From a virus (Duplodnaviria > Caudoviricetes), in IMG/VR virus record IMGVR_UViG_3300037603_000132, positions 708 through 64,707 of that record: 64,000 nt of DNA. One strand, 5' to 3'. Made by a program: the position numbers and the translations under genes. The notes under the pieces were generated by a model. The model was not told the origin of the DNA, did no database searches, and was given only the letters and a program-made list of their open reading frames with translations. This document shows, in pieces, positions 29,536-39,197 of this stretch (positions are counted from its first letter, which is position 1; every line of letters begins with the position of its first letter).

Positions 29536-30807
29536 TCAGATCAACGTCTCCACCGTAGCCCCTTTCCAACCGTTCTCCGCGCTGTACGTCTCCACCGAAA
29601 GGCTGCGCCCGGAGCGGTAAGCCTTCTGCTGGTGGTAGTCGTCGCGGGGAACCGGAGTCTCGTGGGTCTGCCAACGAGCGCCGCCCTCTTCCCCGGCGGA
29701 CTTGGTGAGGTGGTGGATGTGAAACCCATGGGCGTACCGAACCTTGGTACGTCCCCACATCTCGGCCCGGTCGGCAGCCATGACGCCGGGCATGTCGTTG
29801 ATCTTCGTCTCGTGGCCGTGGGTCGCGGCGAGCATGGTGACGCCAAATTCGTAGAACCAGAATACCGACGGGTCAATGTCAACCGTCACGCGAGGCTCAT
29901 TTCGGAACCAGGCCCGCAGGAAATGGGCAATCGCGATGGCGCTGTCCGGGTCGTGATTCCCCTCCAGGATGCGGACGACGACCCGCTTGTACTTCTGGAG
30001 CGCCAGTTCGACGTGGTAGACCATGAGCAGTTCCGCCTCGGCCAGCACCGTCGAGTAGTCCTCCGCGCCGTCGAGGCTGTGGCCGTGGCCGCGCGTCTTT
30101 TTCATCGAGTCGTCAAAGTGGAGGAGATCGCCGCCGCCCAGGATCACGCCGGTCTCGGCCCGGGGCGACCGCTCGACCAGGGACCGGAAGAGGCGCTTGT
30201 AGGTGCTGACCGCCGCCCCAAGGCTCCAGTCCAACTCGGCGCGGACCTTGCTCGTGTGGAGGCCGATGTGGAGGTCGGGAAGGAGATGGAGGTTGAGCAG
30301 GGAGGGGTCTAGGGCGCTGGCTCCGCCCACCGGGGGGTAGAGGGGCGCGGCGGGGCCTGCGTAGGTCTCAGCGGCCCTCTGAGCGGCCTCGTGGATCACC
30401 TCGTCGGATCGCTCGCCCTCCGCCGTCTTGACCCACTTCTGGAGTACGTTGCCGTCGGCATCGACAAGCGCGGATTCCCCTTTGACCCGGTGGCCGTCGG
30501 GGACCTCGAACGGATCGTCGGAAGTGGCGCGGCCCGTCTTGACGCTGGTGGCCTTGAGCCTACCGTGTTGATCGTACTGCCGCGTCAGGGCCTTGAGTTC
30601 CTGCCCGTGGGGGACGCCGCCCGGGAGGATGGACCCGAGATCGCGGAGGAAGTATTTGAGGAGCCGGTTCGTCATCGTCCGCCGGTTGATCCCCAGCAGC
30701 TTCGCGGCCTTCGCCTCGTCGTAGGCCCCGACCGCTTGGTAGGTCTGGTAAGCCTGGATGCACTGACGGTCGAACTCGGTCAGTACGCGGGCGGAATCTT
30801 CGCTCAT
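29536..30807 (-). CDS. Metallophosphoesterase-like protein with an N-terminal HTH
   Basis: PDLHIG, GGDLLHFD, EGNHD, HGH, GFHIHH motifs; AAKLLGINRRTM HTH. Confidence 0.8.
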   Translation of the reverse strand: MSEDSARVLTEFDRQCIQAYQTYQAVGAYDEAKAAKLLGINRRTMTNRLLKYFLRDLGSILPGGVPHGQELKALTRQYDQHGRLKATSVKTGRATSDDPFEVPDGHRVKGESALVDADGNVLQKWVKTAEGERSDEVIHEAAQRAAETYAGPAAPLYPPVGGASALDPSLLNLHLLPDLHIGLHTSKVRAELDWSLGAAVSTYKRLFRSLVERSPRAETGVILGGGDLLHFDDSMKKTRGHGHSLDGAEDYSTVLAEAELLMVYHVELALQKYKRVVVRILEGNHDPDSAIAIAHFLRAWFRNEPRVTVDIDPSVFWFYEFGVTMLAATHGHETKINDMPGVMAADRAEMWGRTKVRYAHGFHIHHLTKSAGEEGGARWQTHETPVPRDDYHQQKAYRSGRSLSVETYSAENGWKGATVETLI

Positions 30808-30864
30808 GTATGCGCTCCTCGCAGAACGCTCCTCACGGCAATCATACACCAAAAGGTGAATAGT

Positions 30865-31104
30865 TTAATCTCGGTTGAACCTTTTGTCATGCCCCTTCAT
30901 GCGGCCCTCTTTCAGGCCGCGTATTGTCCGCCGCAGGTTGGCATCACTCCGGCGGTTCTGCTTGCCGCCCAGGGACAGGGCGAACACGCAGTCGCGCCCG
31001 AGCATGAAGTGGACATGCTTCTTGTTGAACTCGACCTTCACCGGCAGCCCGGCGGCCTCGAACTGTTTCACGGCCTCGCGGTGGGCCTGGCTGAGTTTCC
31101 CCAT
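30865..31104 (-). CDS. Hypothetical basic protein
   Basis: 79-aa ORF with RBS in the leftward operon. Confidence 0.6.
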   Translation of the reverse strand: MGKLSQAHREAVKQFEAAGLPVKVEFNKKHVHFMLGRDCVFALSLGGKQNRRSDANLRRTIRGLKEGRMKGHDKRFNRD

Positions 31105-31136
31105 GGTCAATCTCCCAATTCTCGATCTGTTCGCGG

Positions 31137-31529
31137 TCAAGCATCTTCGATGCTCCCCATCTCATTGCGCAGCCTCTCCCTGGCCGCGCGGACTTGTTCC
31201 GGTGTGATCGCCTCCATCTCCTCCTGGAACTTGGCGATTGCGACGGCCTGGTCGTAATCCGGGACGCCCATGATCTTGCCGCCTGACTCAAGATCGGTGA
31301 ACGACCACTCCAGCTTGCGGCGGAACACCCCCACCGGCAGCGTCGAGCCGTCGGCAATGGTGGCCTCGATGACCCGCGCCCGGACAGGCAGCGGCCCGGC
31401 GTTGGTGATGATCTTGATGTCCTCGAACCGCCAAGGCACGGTCAGTACCCCGACCGGGGCCGCCCCTCGGCCTCCCACTTCGCCCGGGCGGCCTGCATCT
31501 GGTGGAAGAACTCCGCGTCGGCGCGGCAC
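31137..31529 (-). CDS. Hypothetical protein (start uncertain)
   Basis: In operon; real start probably the GTG near 31440. Confidence 0.5.
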   Translation of the reverse strand: MPRRRGVLPPDAGRPGEVGGRGAAPVGVLTVPWRFEDIKIITNAGPLPVRARVIEATIADGSTLPVGVFRRKLEWSFTDLESGGKIMGVPDYDQAVAIAKFQEEMEAITPEQVRAARERLRNEMGSIEDA

Positions 31530-31569
31530 GGCTCGTTGAAGAGGACCACGCGGCCCTTGAATACGATGG

Positions 31570-31920
31570 TCACGACAGAAGGTCCTCCAGGTCTAGGTCA
31601 GCTTCGGGGCCGCGCGGGCGGTCCCGCCGGATCGCCTGCTCCTCGGCGGTGATCTCGGCTTGGCTCGGGCCGCCGCTCGGGCGGAAGAAGGACTCGATGG
31701 CGGCTTGGATCGCGGCGACCGGGTTGGCGCGGACGCCCACGCCCCAGAGTTTCGTCCGGTCCTGGCCGCGCACGATGGCTTGGAAGGAGGCTGGGGTTTT
31801 GAGGTCGTCCTTGTACCGGCTGACCCGGATCACGATCTCGTCGGCTCCGTCCTCGAACGGCCAGGCGTCGGCGTCTCCGAGGTTCTTAGTGGGCAAGGGT
31901 GAGTGGGGCATCATCGGCAT
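31570..31920 (-). CDS. Hypothetical protein ending LEDLLS
   Basis: In operon; phage-like codon use. Confidence 0.6.
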   Translation of the reverse strand: MPMMPHSPLPTKNLGDADAWPFEDGADEIVIRVSRYKDDLKTPASFQAIVRGQDRTKLWGVGVRANPVAAIQAAIESFFRPSGGPSQAEITAEEQAIRRDRPRGPEADLDLEDLLS

Positions 31921-32089
31921 CCTCTTGGATGGGCCAGCGCCGCGCCGCGCAGATCGCGCGAACGTCGTCAGCGTCTAGCTTGGTGGCGGCGGAAAGTTCC
32001 TCGGCGGTACACTCCCAGGCGACCGAACGGCCCTCCCTCCAGATCGTGAACGCTTCGGCGTGGCGGCGGATTTCCTCCGGGGTCTGCAT
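31886..32089 (-). CDS. Small hypothetical protein (possible HTH)
   Basis: MQTPEEIRR...TAEELSAATKLDADDVRAIC. Confidence 0.55.
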   Translation of the reverse strand: MQTPEEIRRHAEAFTIWREGRSVAWECTAEELSAATKLDADDVRAICAARRWPIQEDADDAPLTLAH

Positions 32090-32340
32090 CAGTTCTGTTC
32101 TCCCTGCTGGCGCTCCTTGGCGCGCCGGGCGACCTTCTCCACGAGGGCAAACACGCTCTGAAAGCGGTCGTGGTATCGGATCGCGAATTTGGAATGGAAC
32201 GGCTTTTCGAGGCCGTAGAAGGGGGCCTCTGTCTCGACGGCCTCCACCTCGTAGCTGCCCTCGCCGCTGCATGTGCGGCCCGGCTTGACCTTCGCCCCGG
32301 CAATGAGGCGTCCGTCCATTCTGATCTCAATCGTCAGCAT
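32089..32340 (-). CDS. Hypothetical protein
   Basis: MLTIEIRMDG...; RBS upstream. Confidence 0.6.
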   Translation of the reverse strand: MLTIEIRMDGRLIAGAKVKPGRTCSGEGSYEVEAVETEAPFYGLEKPFHSKFAIRYHDRFQSVFALVEKVARRAKERQQGEQN

Positions 32341-32454
32341 GGATTCCTTTCTGCCCAAAGAGGGCGCGTCGGATTGTGGGGGATTGGCTGGTGATGGGGG
32401 CCAGGCAGGCCCCCATCCAGATCGCCGCGTAAAGCTGTGCAAAGGCGAGCGGGT

Positions 32455-32790
32455 TCACTCCCCTGCCTCCCGGGCATCGGCTGGCAGCATCTCCAGCTTG
32501 CTCTCAACCCATGCGTCGATGTCGTCATAGCCTGCGAGGTGGACCCCCAGAGAGGCGCACCGCCGGACTTGGAGGTCGATGCGACGGAATTGGGTGCGCA
32601 GGGCTAGGCGGCGCAGAGCGGCGCGGTCCTCCACGGTCATCTGCTCGTGGTAGTACCGCCCGCTCATGGTCGCGCCGAACCCGTCACGGCAAACCGTGTC
32701 GCGGGCATCCCGCTCCATCTCCTCAATCGAGGCAAGGGCGCGCGAGATGTCGGGCAGATCGACAGGCTGAACTGCGGTATCCGCCATCAC
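32455..32790 (-). CDS. Hypothetical protein
   Basis: Coupled to the GapR-like gene. Confidence 0.55.
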   Translation of the reverse strand: MMADTAVQPVDLPDISRALASIEEMERDARDTVCRDGFGATMSGRYYHEQMTVEDRAALRRLALRTQFRRIDLQVRRCASLGVHLAGYDDIDAWVESKLEMLPADAREAGE

Positions 32791-33083
32791 ATGCCCAACG
32801 CTTCGCGGTACATCTGCAACACGGCTTCCTCTTCGGAGAGGTCGTCCTTGTCGCGCTTGCGCTCGGCAATGATCTTGCGCATGGCCTTGACCTCGTACCC
32901 ACGCGCCTTGGCCTCTGCGAACACCTCTTTGGTCTGTTCCGCGATGTCCTTCTTCTCTGCCTCCAGGCGCTCGATGCGCTCGATGAACTGGCGGAGTTCG
33001 TTGGCCGTCACCCGGTAGGTTGCATCGCCGGAGTTGTGGCCGGGGCCGGGGGCTTCGCCCAGCAGGTCCTCAGAGTCGCTCAT
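32787..33083 (-). CDS. gapR: GapR/DUF2312 (UPF0335) nucleoid-associated protein homolog
   Basis: ELRQFIERIERLEAEKKDIAEQTKEVFAEAKARGYEVKAMRKII...YREALGM is the DUF2312 signature. Confidence 0.9.
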   Translation of the reverse strand: MSDSEDLLGEAPGPGHNSGDATYRVTANELRQFIERIERLEAEKKDIAEQTKEVFAEAKARGYEVKAMRKIIAERKRDKDDLSEEEAVLQMYREALGM

Positions 33084-33337
33084 GCCGACGCCCCCGCTTC
33101 CTGCATCGCGCCCTCGAACTTCTGCATCGCCTGCTCGAAAGTGTAGACCTCGACGCCTGCCGGGATTCCGGTGCTATGCACGTCGGGGTGGCTGGTCAGG
33201 TGGAGCGTGTCGTCGTAGATCGTTCGGAGCGGGTGCCAGTCGTCCTCGATGAAGGTGCATCCGAAAGTCTTGCGGAGGACTTCGGCGTTGCGGGTCTTAC
33301 CGCAGCCTTGGGGTCCGTGGACGATTACCTCGGTCAT
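33080..33337 (-). CDS. Small P-loop-containing protein
   Basis: HGPQGCGKT Walker A in an 85-aa ORF. Confidence 0.7.
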   Translation of the reverse strand: MTEVIVHGPQGCGKTRNAEVLRKTFGCTFIEDDWHPLRTIYDDTLHLTSHPDVHSTGIPAGVEVYTFEQAMQKFEGAMQEAGASA

Positions 33338-33666
33338 GCGAACGCCCTCTTGGTCAGGGCCTCGACGCGGGTGGCGGGGCGTTTGCGGTGGAACTCGGGG
33401 TTCTTGCGGCTGGTGGGCGCGATGCGGAAGCCCCGGGGGTGGCCGAGGTGATTCACGCCTGCCGCCTGCTGCATCGCCATGTGGTGCAGGGCGCGCTGGA
33501 GGGCGGCCTGCTGGCTGCCGTCGTCCTTGCCGAGCCGCAGCGGCAGCTTGATCGCCCCGACCCCGACCTGGGCTTTGCGGGTCGGCTTGAAGAGCCGCTT
33601 GAGGCGTTTGCCGACAGCGCCTTTCGGCAGCGACAGCATCGGCTCGTTCTCCGTGATCTTTTCCAT
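33334..33666 (-). CDS. Basic hypothetical protein
   Basis: Coupled ORF with RBS. Confidence 0.55.
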   Translation of the reverse strand: MEKITENEPMLSLPKGAVGKRLKRLFKPTRKAQVGVGAIKLPLRLGKDDGSQQAALQRALHHMAMQQAAGVNHLGHPRGFRIAPTSRKNPEFHRKRPATRVEALTKRAFA

Positions 33667-33691
33667 GTGTTCTTCCTCTTTTGGGTGAAAC

Positions 33692-34072
33692 TCAGTCCGC
33701 AGAAACGCGGTCCTGCTCGTCCTCGAAGGCGTCGTAGGCAATCGAGACGAGGAAATCGGAGACGGATACGCCCTCCGGCTTGCTGGACCCGATCCACTCT
33801 TGGAACTCTTTGCTCTGCGCCCGAAGGGCCTCCCTCATGCTGCCGATTGGCCCGATCTTCGGGACGCCCTTCGCGAGGGAAACCCACAGCTTGCGGAGTT
33901 CGGGATTCGCCCGGATCATCTCCCGGACACGTCGGTTGCGCAGGCCGACTTCATCCGCGATGTCCTGGATTTTGTGCCGTGCAGACAGCCGGGCCGCGAT
34001 CACCTCCTCGATCTGGGTGCGCTCCTCGGGAGAGAGGATTCGACGGGAAGGGATCGTTGTTGGCTTGGTCAT
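33692..34072 (-). CDS. Putative HTH protein, first gene of the leftward arm
   Basis: KIQDIADEVGLRNRRVREMI HTH-like segment. Confidence 0.6.
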   Translation of the reverse strand: MTKPTTIPSRRILSPEERTQIEEVIAARLSARHKIQDIADEVGLRNRRVREMIRANPELRKLWVSLAKGVPKIGPIGSMREALRAQSKEFQEWIGSSKPEGVSVSDFLVSIAYDAFEDEQDRVSAD

Positions 34073-34202
34073 TCTTGGTTCCTCCGGCTGTCTGCTCTGG
34101 GCTGCCCCGTGGTCCTCTTCCTAGACGACCGATTCACCGACTGTCAACCGAAAGAGGAATATCCAACCTTAAAAGTTATTTCACCCGAAACGAGAAAAAG
34201 TG

Positions 34203-34231
34203 TTGACCATTGGGGCAAATGCCCCTAAGTG
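34203..34231 (+). promoter_or_regulatory. Early-type promoter with a palindromic operator
   Basis: TTGACC, then GGGGCAAATGCCCC in the spacer, then TAAGTG. Confidence 0.7.
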
Positions 34232-34268
34232 TCACCCTAAGACACGGGACGACAAGAGGCGACATGCT

Positions 34269-34526
34269 ATGACAAACGAGGAACTGAGGGAGGCCCGCGA
34301 GACGCTGCGCCTTTCGCCAGCCGAGGCTGCCGACCTCTTGGAGGTGGACGTGTCGAGCGTATACCGCTGGGAGCGAGACCCTGCAAAGAAAACCTACCGC
34401 GCCGCGCCCGCCCGGGTGGCCCGTCTCTACGCGGCCTACCTCGCGGGCTACCGGCCCGACGACTGGCCCGAGCGCCTGGAAGGGATCGAGGATCGGATCG
34501 CGGAGATCAACGAGGTGAGGACATGA
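34269..34526 (+). CDS. XRE-family HTH regulator
   Basis: ELREARETLRLSPAEAADLLEVDVSSVYRWE. Confidence 0.85.
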   Translation: MTNEELREARETLRLSPAEAADLLEVDVSSVYRWERDPAKKTYRAAPARVARLYAAYLAGYRPDDWPERLEGIEDRIAEINEVRT

Positions 34527-34873
34527 GAGACATGCGGACCATCAAGGTCGAGTTGGGCGAGGACTCCGTCCTGACCCTCGGCCTCTATTACGAGGGCGAC
34601 GAGGAGATCGTGGAGTTCGGATACGCCCGATCCGCGCCCGGCAGCGACCACCCGGGGGACGACTACCGCGCCGAGCGGCAGCCGGGCGAGGAGCCGGATT
34701 GGCGGCTGCGCTTCTGGGTCTACCCCCAGACGCAGGGCAGGCTGTCCAAGGCGCGCCACACGACGCCGGGGGCGGTGATCGCCGGAAAGATCGGCGCGGC
34801 GCGCAAGGCCAAGGTCGATAAGATCAACGAGGCGATCTACGCCGAGTGGCCGCACCTCCGACCCACCGGCTGA
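34523..34873 (+). CDS. Hypothetical protein
   Basis: Coupled to the HTH gene. Confidence 0.6.
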   Translation: MRDMRTIKVELGEDSVLTLGLYYEGDEEIVEFGYARSAPGSDHPGDDYRAERQPGEEPDWRLRFWVYPQTQGRLSKARHTTPGAVIAGKIGAARKAKVDKINEAIYAEWPHLRPTG

Positions 34874-34955
34874 GAATCAACCCGGGCGGCGGGACTATCT
34901 GCTCGCCCGCAATGTCAACCAAAAAGTTAAAACGATCAGAAAAGAGGAAAACGAG

Positions 34956-35690
34956 ATGTCCGAGCCTGACCAAGAGCGCAAGTTCTACGAATTGCCCAGG
35001 GTGGAGGAGCGCCGCCCCTACGAGCAGCCCGCGCGGCACGACCTGGAGGAGCGCCGCCCCTACGAGGCCCCCGACAAAGATGACCGAACTTGCGAAGTAT
35101 GTGACGGCGGCCCGGGCAACGACGGGCCTTGCCTCTGCGGAATGGAGGCTTACCCGGCCAACGAGGACGCCGCGCCGAGCGAAGCCGCGCCCATGCCGCG
35201 CCTCGTGCCGGGTGAGTACGGCGGGATCGCGGAGTTCGACGCGGAGGCCCGGCAATGGGGCTTTGACCCGGTGGTGACTGGCCCGGCCTGCTGCGATGAC
35301 CAGTTCCAGATGACCGAAAAGATGCACCTCGGACTCCAGATGGCCGTCCTCGCCAGCCACTCGGCCAGCTACTACAAGGGCTGGTGGCACGACAAGGAAA
35401 CCGGGGAGGTCCTGTCCCAGGCGTACCACGTCCCGATCAAGCTGATGCTCACGGTCTCGGAGATCGTGGAGGCCATGGAGGGCGACCGGAAGGGCCTCAT
35501 GGACGACAAGCTGCCGCATCGTCCGGCAATCGAGGTGGAACTAGCCGACGCGCTGATCCGCATTTGCGATCTCGCGGGGGCGCTCAACGTCGATCTGCCC
35601 GGGGCGGTGGTCGAGAAGATGGCCTACAACCGCGACCGTCCCGACCATAAGGCCGAGAACCGGGCCGCAGCGGGCGGGAAGGCGTACTGA
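34956..35690 (+). CDS. MazG/dUTPase-like NTP pyrophosphohydrolase with an N-terminal extension
   Basis: KLMLTVSEIVEAMEGDRK...EVELADALIRICDLAG motif. Confidence 0.8.
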   Translation: MSEPDQERKFYELPRVEERRPYEQPARHDLEERRPYEAPDKDDRTCEVCDGGPGNDGPCLCGMEAYPANEDAAPSEAAPMPRLVPGEYGGIAEFDAEARQWGFDPVVTGPACCDDQFQMTEKMHLGLQMAVLASHSASYYKGWWHDKETGEVLSQAYHVPIKLMLTVSEIVEAMEGDRKGLMDDKLPHRPAIEVELADALIRICDLAGALNVDLPGAVVEKMAYNRDRPDHKAENRAAAGGKAY

Positions 35691-35872
35691 TGTCCGCCTA
35701 CCTGGACGACCTCTCACCGGCCCCCGGGTCGCTTGTCCGCTGCAAGGCCGACATCACGGGGACCGGATTCACCCCCGGCCAGACCTACGAAGTTCTGCCG
35801 GGATTCCAACTGACCAATGACCGAGGGCAGATCGTGATCCCCTCGGCCCGTTTTGAGGAGATCGCGCCATGA
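35690..35872 (+). CDS. Small hypothetical protein
   Basis: Coupled ORF. Confidence 0.55.
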   Translation: MSAYLDDLSPAPGSLVRCKADITGTGFTPGQTYEVLPGFQLTNDRGQIVIPSARFEEIAP

Positions 35873-36489
35873 AGCGGATCGAACTTCAAACGATGCTGGA
35901 CGGCTCAACCCCGGAGCGCCCCTTCTTCCTGCTGCCGTTCTACGCGGATCGGCTGGTGCTGCGGGTGGCCGATCCCGACGATTGGTGCGTCATCGCGCCA
36001 AGCCGCCGCCTGGTCAACCTGATGGCACATCCCGACCGGAACCCCTCGGGTCTGCCGGTCAGCACCAACCACTATGCGGTGAAGAACGGGCTGCCGCGCC
36101 CGAACGTGGTGGTCCTCGGGATCGAGGGGATCGGCAGCTTTGGCAGCAAGGCGCACCGCATGATCCGGGGGACGCAATGGCCCCGGAACGCGCGCCGGGC
36201 GATTGTCGTCTACGACCAGGTTCCGCCGCCTCTCAAGCTGTTCCCGACGGCCTCGGCGCTGGGCCAGGCCCGGCGGGTCTATGGCGACTACGAGCGGTTC
36301 TTGATCGACCACTTCCACGTCTTGAACAAGCCGGGCTTCGGCGTCATCCCCAAGACCCCGAAACCGGGAAAGGCGGCGGCGGCGAAGATCCACTTTTTCA
36401 GGATGTGCGACCGGCGCTTTGATGACTACCAGCCCGAGTTCGCCAGGCGGCCCGCTGGGCGGTACAACATGGAGGCTTACCCCAAATGA
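35869..36489 (+). CDS. Hypothetical protein
   Basis: Coupled ORF. Confidence 0.6.
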   Translation: MKRIELQTMLDGSTPERPFFLLPFYADRLVLRVADPDDWCVIAPSRRLVNLMAHPDRNPSGLPVSTNHYAVKNGLPRPNVVVLGIEGIGSFGSKAHRMIRGTQWPRNARRAIVVYDQVPPPLKLFPTASALGQARRVYGDYERFLIDHFHVLNKPGFGVIPKTPKPGKAAAAKIHFFRMCDRRFDDYQPEFARRPAGRYNMEAYPK

Positions 36490-36758
36490 ACCGCAACAAG
36501 CAGATCGTCTTGCTCCAGGCGGACTACGAAGAGCAGCGAGAGGTCATTCGGCTTCGCAGGCAGCGGGCCGAGGTGCTGCTGCCGGACGCCTTCATTCCGG
36601 GCAAGGGCGGGCGGCAGGGCTGGCTTTGGGTGTTCGCCCGCCGGGTCCGAGCCATGTACGCGGTCTGGCGCTGCTGGACGGCCAAGGCCGAGGCGGCGCG
36701 GCGGTTCCGCTTGATCGAGGCGGCCAAGCGCGCGGCCTGGGACGAGAGGGCGGGCTGA
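36486..36758 (+). CDS. Hypothetical protein
   Basis: Coupled ORF. Confidence 0.55.
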   Translation: MNRNKQIVLLQADYEEQREVIRLRRQRAEVLLPDAFIPGKGGRQGWLWVFARRVRAMYAVWRCWTAKAEAARRFRLIEAAKRAAWDERAG

Positions 36759-37012
36759 TGTGCGATGACCAAGAGACCTGGGACGCGGTGATCGACGGCC
36801 TGCGGGGGACCTGCAACTCCCTCGACAGCGAGTGTGAGACGCACGGCGCGCCCGACCTGGTGGACCATATGCCGTTCCTGGAACACCTCGACCAAGAGAT
36901 TTTTGCCTGCACCGCCTGCGGCTGGTGGTGCGGCATTGACGAAGAGGTCAGCGAGGAGATCGGCCACGACGAACTGATCTGCCGCGACTGCGCACAAGAG
37001 GAGCATGACTGA
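36758..37012 (+). CDS. Small zinc-finger-like protein
   Basis: CTACGWWC...CRDC. Confidence 0.6.
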   Translation: MCDDQETWDAVIDGLRGTCNSLDSECETHGAPDLVDHMPFLEHLDQEIFACTACGWWCGIDEEVSEEIGHDELICRDCAQEEHD

Positions 37013-37227
37013 TGGCTATCGAGAAGTACCCCACGCCCCTAGAGGCCCTGCGACGGCTCAAGTACGACGCCCGCGAGGAGGCGATCCAGGCCGCCACTAA
37101 GGCCGCCATAGCCGGGATGCAGGTGATGCCCTCGCCCCACCTCAAGGGCAACGCCTCGGCGCTCCTCGTGAGCGAGGAGGTCTACCAGGAACTCCGCCGC
37201 CGCGCACAGAAGGAGCAGCCCGCATGA
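37012..37227 (+). CDS. Hypothetical protein
   Basis: Coupled ORF. Confidence 0.55.
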   Translation: MAIEKYPTPLEALRRLKYDAREEAIQAATKAAIAGMQVMPSPHLKGNASALLVSEEVYQELRRRAQKEQPA

Positions 37228-37544
37228 CGACGCATGTGTCAATCTTCAAGCGCCCCGGGCCGATCTCGTGGGACTCCTGCACGATGGACCGCTACGAGAC
37301 CAACAACGGCATTGTGCTGCGCTACGATCCGCACAGGGACCACCGGAACGGCGAGGTGCTGTTCTTCCTGGACGGGCTGGACCTGGGCCTCGCGACGACC
37401 GACGGGCCGGAGATCGCCCTGCCGCGAGCGGAGCCGATTTTCCGCGCCCTGCTCGAAACCCACAACAAGGCGCTGACCTGGGGTCAGGAGATGGGGCGCG
37501 CTCACGCCCAGCAAGAGATGCAGGCGGCCCTCGGGCTGCGCTGA
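37224..37544 (+). CDS. Hypothetical protein
   Basis: Coupled ORF. Confidence 0.55.
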   Translation: MTTHVSIFKRPGPISWDSCTMDRYETNNGIVLRYDPHRDHRNGEVLFFLDGLDLGLATTDGPEIALPRAEPIFRALLETHNKALTWGQEMGRAHAQQEMQAALGLR

Positions 37545-37564
37545 GAAACGAGAAGGAAAAGACG

Positions 37565-38110
37565 ATGAGCCTATCGACCGAGTACCGGGGCTACACCATC
37601 AGCTACGGCGAGAATACCGACCAATGGGGCTGCTTCGATTGCGGCGTGACTGCGCCGACCTTGAGCGCGGCAAAGGCGAAGATCGACGCGCTGCACCTCA
37701 AGCTGCGGAAGGAGTCCGCGTTCGAGGGGTACGAGATCATGGCAGACGAGGGGCGCGAGGCGATGAAGGTCCGCGCCGTCCCGACCAAGCTGATCGAGTA
37801 CCTTGGCCGCAAAGAGCAGCGCCATTGGTCCAGCGGCAAGATCGCTTTCCTCGGCCACCGGGTCGCCTCGATGGCGAAGCGCAGCGCCAACGGCAGGGCG
37901 TCCCGGCGGGAGACGATGCTGGACTACATCGCGCCCATCACGCCCGAGGTACACGCCGCCATTGCCGAGGCGAACCGGCTGGGGGCTATTGCGTTCGCGG
38001 CAAAGCAAGAGTTCCACCAGGCGGTCGATGCGATCCCGCGCGCTCAGATCGAGGACATCGCCGGGCTTGTAGAGGCCAGCGATCACAAGTTCGAGGAGGG
38101 CGAGGCGTGA
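37565..38110 (+). CDS. Hypothetical protein
   Basis: RBS aaggaa; MSLSTEYRGYTI start. Confidence 0.6.
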   Translation: MSLSTEYRGYTISYGENTDQWGCFDCGVTAPTLSAAKAKIDALHLKLRKESAFEGYEIMADEGREAMKVRAVPTKLIEYLGRKEQRHWSSGKIAFLGHRVASMAKRSANGRASRRETMLDYIAPITPEVHAAIAEANRLGAIAFAAKQEFHQAVDAIPRAQIEDIAGLVEASDHKFEEGEA

Positions 38111-38313
38111 GCGCGGAATCGAAGCAGCCCGAGGTCGCCGTGATCGGCGCGGAGTTCCGCCCTTCGGACACCTGGCGTTGCCAGTGCGGCAAGGAGCATG
38201 GTTTCTCCTTCTACGCGGCGGTCCACTGGTCGGACGAACTGACCCACACTTGCGGGTGTGGGCGTTCTCGGACCTTCCTGGACGGCGAAGTGGTCGAGGA
38301 CGGGCAGCCGTGA
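38107..38313 (+). CDS. Small Cys-rich protein
   Basis: CQCG...CGCG; GTG start overlaps the upstream stop. Confidence 0.55.
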   Translation: MSAESKQPEVAVIGAEFRPSDTWRCQCGKEHGFSFYAAVHWSDELTHTCGCGRSRTFLDGEVVEDGQP

Positions 38314-38377
38314 GGACCGGCCAGCGCCACAAAGTTGCCCAGAAATCCAAATACAGAATCGACGGAGGAAAATCGAA

Positions 38378-38593
38378 ATGAGCCGATGGAGCAGCAGCGG
38401 ATCGAAAAGTCATCACGTCGCGCGTCTTGGGTGGGATTGGTATCGCCTCTCTTGGACGGTGGACCGCTACACGAAGAACGGGCGGATTCGCCTGCCGACC
38501 CGGTACAGCCGGGACACCGACGAGAAGGGGGCCGCGAGGTTCTGCAAGAAATGGGGCTGCCGGATGCCGCCCGAGCCGGAGAGGAAAAGCTGA
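38378..38593 (+). CDS. Hypothetical protein
   Basis: RBS ggagg upstream. Confidence 0.55.
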   Translation: MSRWSSSGSKSHHVARLGWDWYRLSWTVDRYTKNGRIRLPTRYSRDTDEKGAARFCKKWGCRMPPEPERKS

Positions 38594-38594
38594 C

Positions 38595-38843
38595 ATGCAC
38601 CCAATCACGCAAACGATCCTGGCCGCCGGGGTTCTCGCCCTGGTCGGCATGGGCGGCTACGCAATGGTCTACGGCGTCCCGGAATACGAGGAGCCGCCGA
38701 CCGCGCTGGACGAGTTGAAGGCGGCTAACAAGAGCGCCGACAAGACCCTTTGCGAGTTCACGTTGTCGAGGCCGCTGTCCGCTTACAACGACAAGGGCAA
38801 GGCGGATTGGTTCGAGTGCCGCCGCAAGTACCCTGATCTCTAG
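38595..38843 (+). CDS. Small exported or membrane protein
   Basis: N-terminal hydrophobic helix; Cys pair. Confidence 0.55.
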   Translation: MHPITQTILAAGVLALVGMGGYAMVYGVPEYEEPPTALDELKAANKSADKTLCEFTLSRPLSAYNDKGKADWFECRRKYPDL

Positions 38844-39061
38844 TCCGCGGACTCCCCGATCCCCCACCGGCTCGGCTCTTTCGGCAGCCTCGTGATCTGC
38901 GGCCAGGTCGCCCCGCAATCGCTGCATCGAGCGCGGCGGGAGAACTCCGGCTCTGTGATCTGCGGCGGCAACTCCTCGGGCCGCACAACCGACCGGCGAG
39001 GGCAGCGCCAGCACTGGACTTCGATGTGAGTGGTGGACGGGTAGAAGAGCGGATCGGCCAT
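38840..39061 (-). CDS. Small Zn-ribbon protein
   Basis: CWRC...CSDCG. Confidence 0.5.
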   Translation of the reverse strand: MADPLFYPSTTHIEVQCWRCPRRSVVRPEELPPQITEPEFSRRARCSDCGATWPQITRLPKEPSRWGIGESAD

Positions 39062-39099
39062 GCACCTTGCTACCGCCGCGCCGGGCGGCCACGCAAGAC

Positions 39100-39189
39100 G
39101 AGGACCGGGCAGGGGTCCAAAGTTGTCGAGACGAGGACCGGCCAGATGTGCAAAGTTGCACACGAGGACCGGCTAGACCTGCAAAGTTG
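39100..39189 (+). repeat. Three copies of GAGGACCGGCYAG-N-CAAAGTTG
   Basis: Copies at 39100, 39133 and 39164; related copies at 38312, 45400 and 45425. Confidence 0.85.
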
Positions 39190-39197
39190 CACATAAG

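Noticed and set aside
583-34920. Leftward TTGACA sites with a shared GGACTATCTGC at about 585-620 and 34891-34919 as antisense promoters
   Set aside because: Only two instances with inconsistent spacing; cannot be supported without TSS data.
35002-35066. 23-bp direct repeat (EERRPYE x2) in the MazG-like gene
   Set aside because: Small in-frame duplication with no further support for function.
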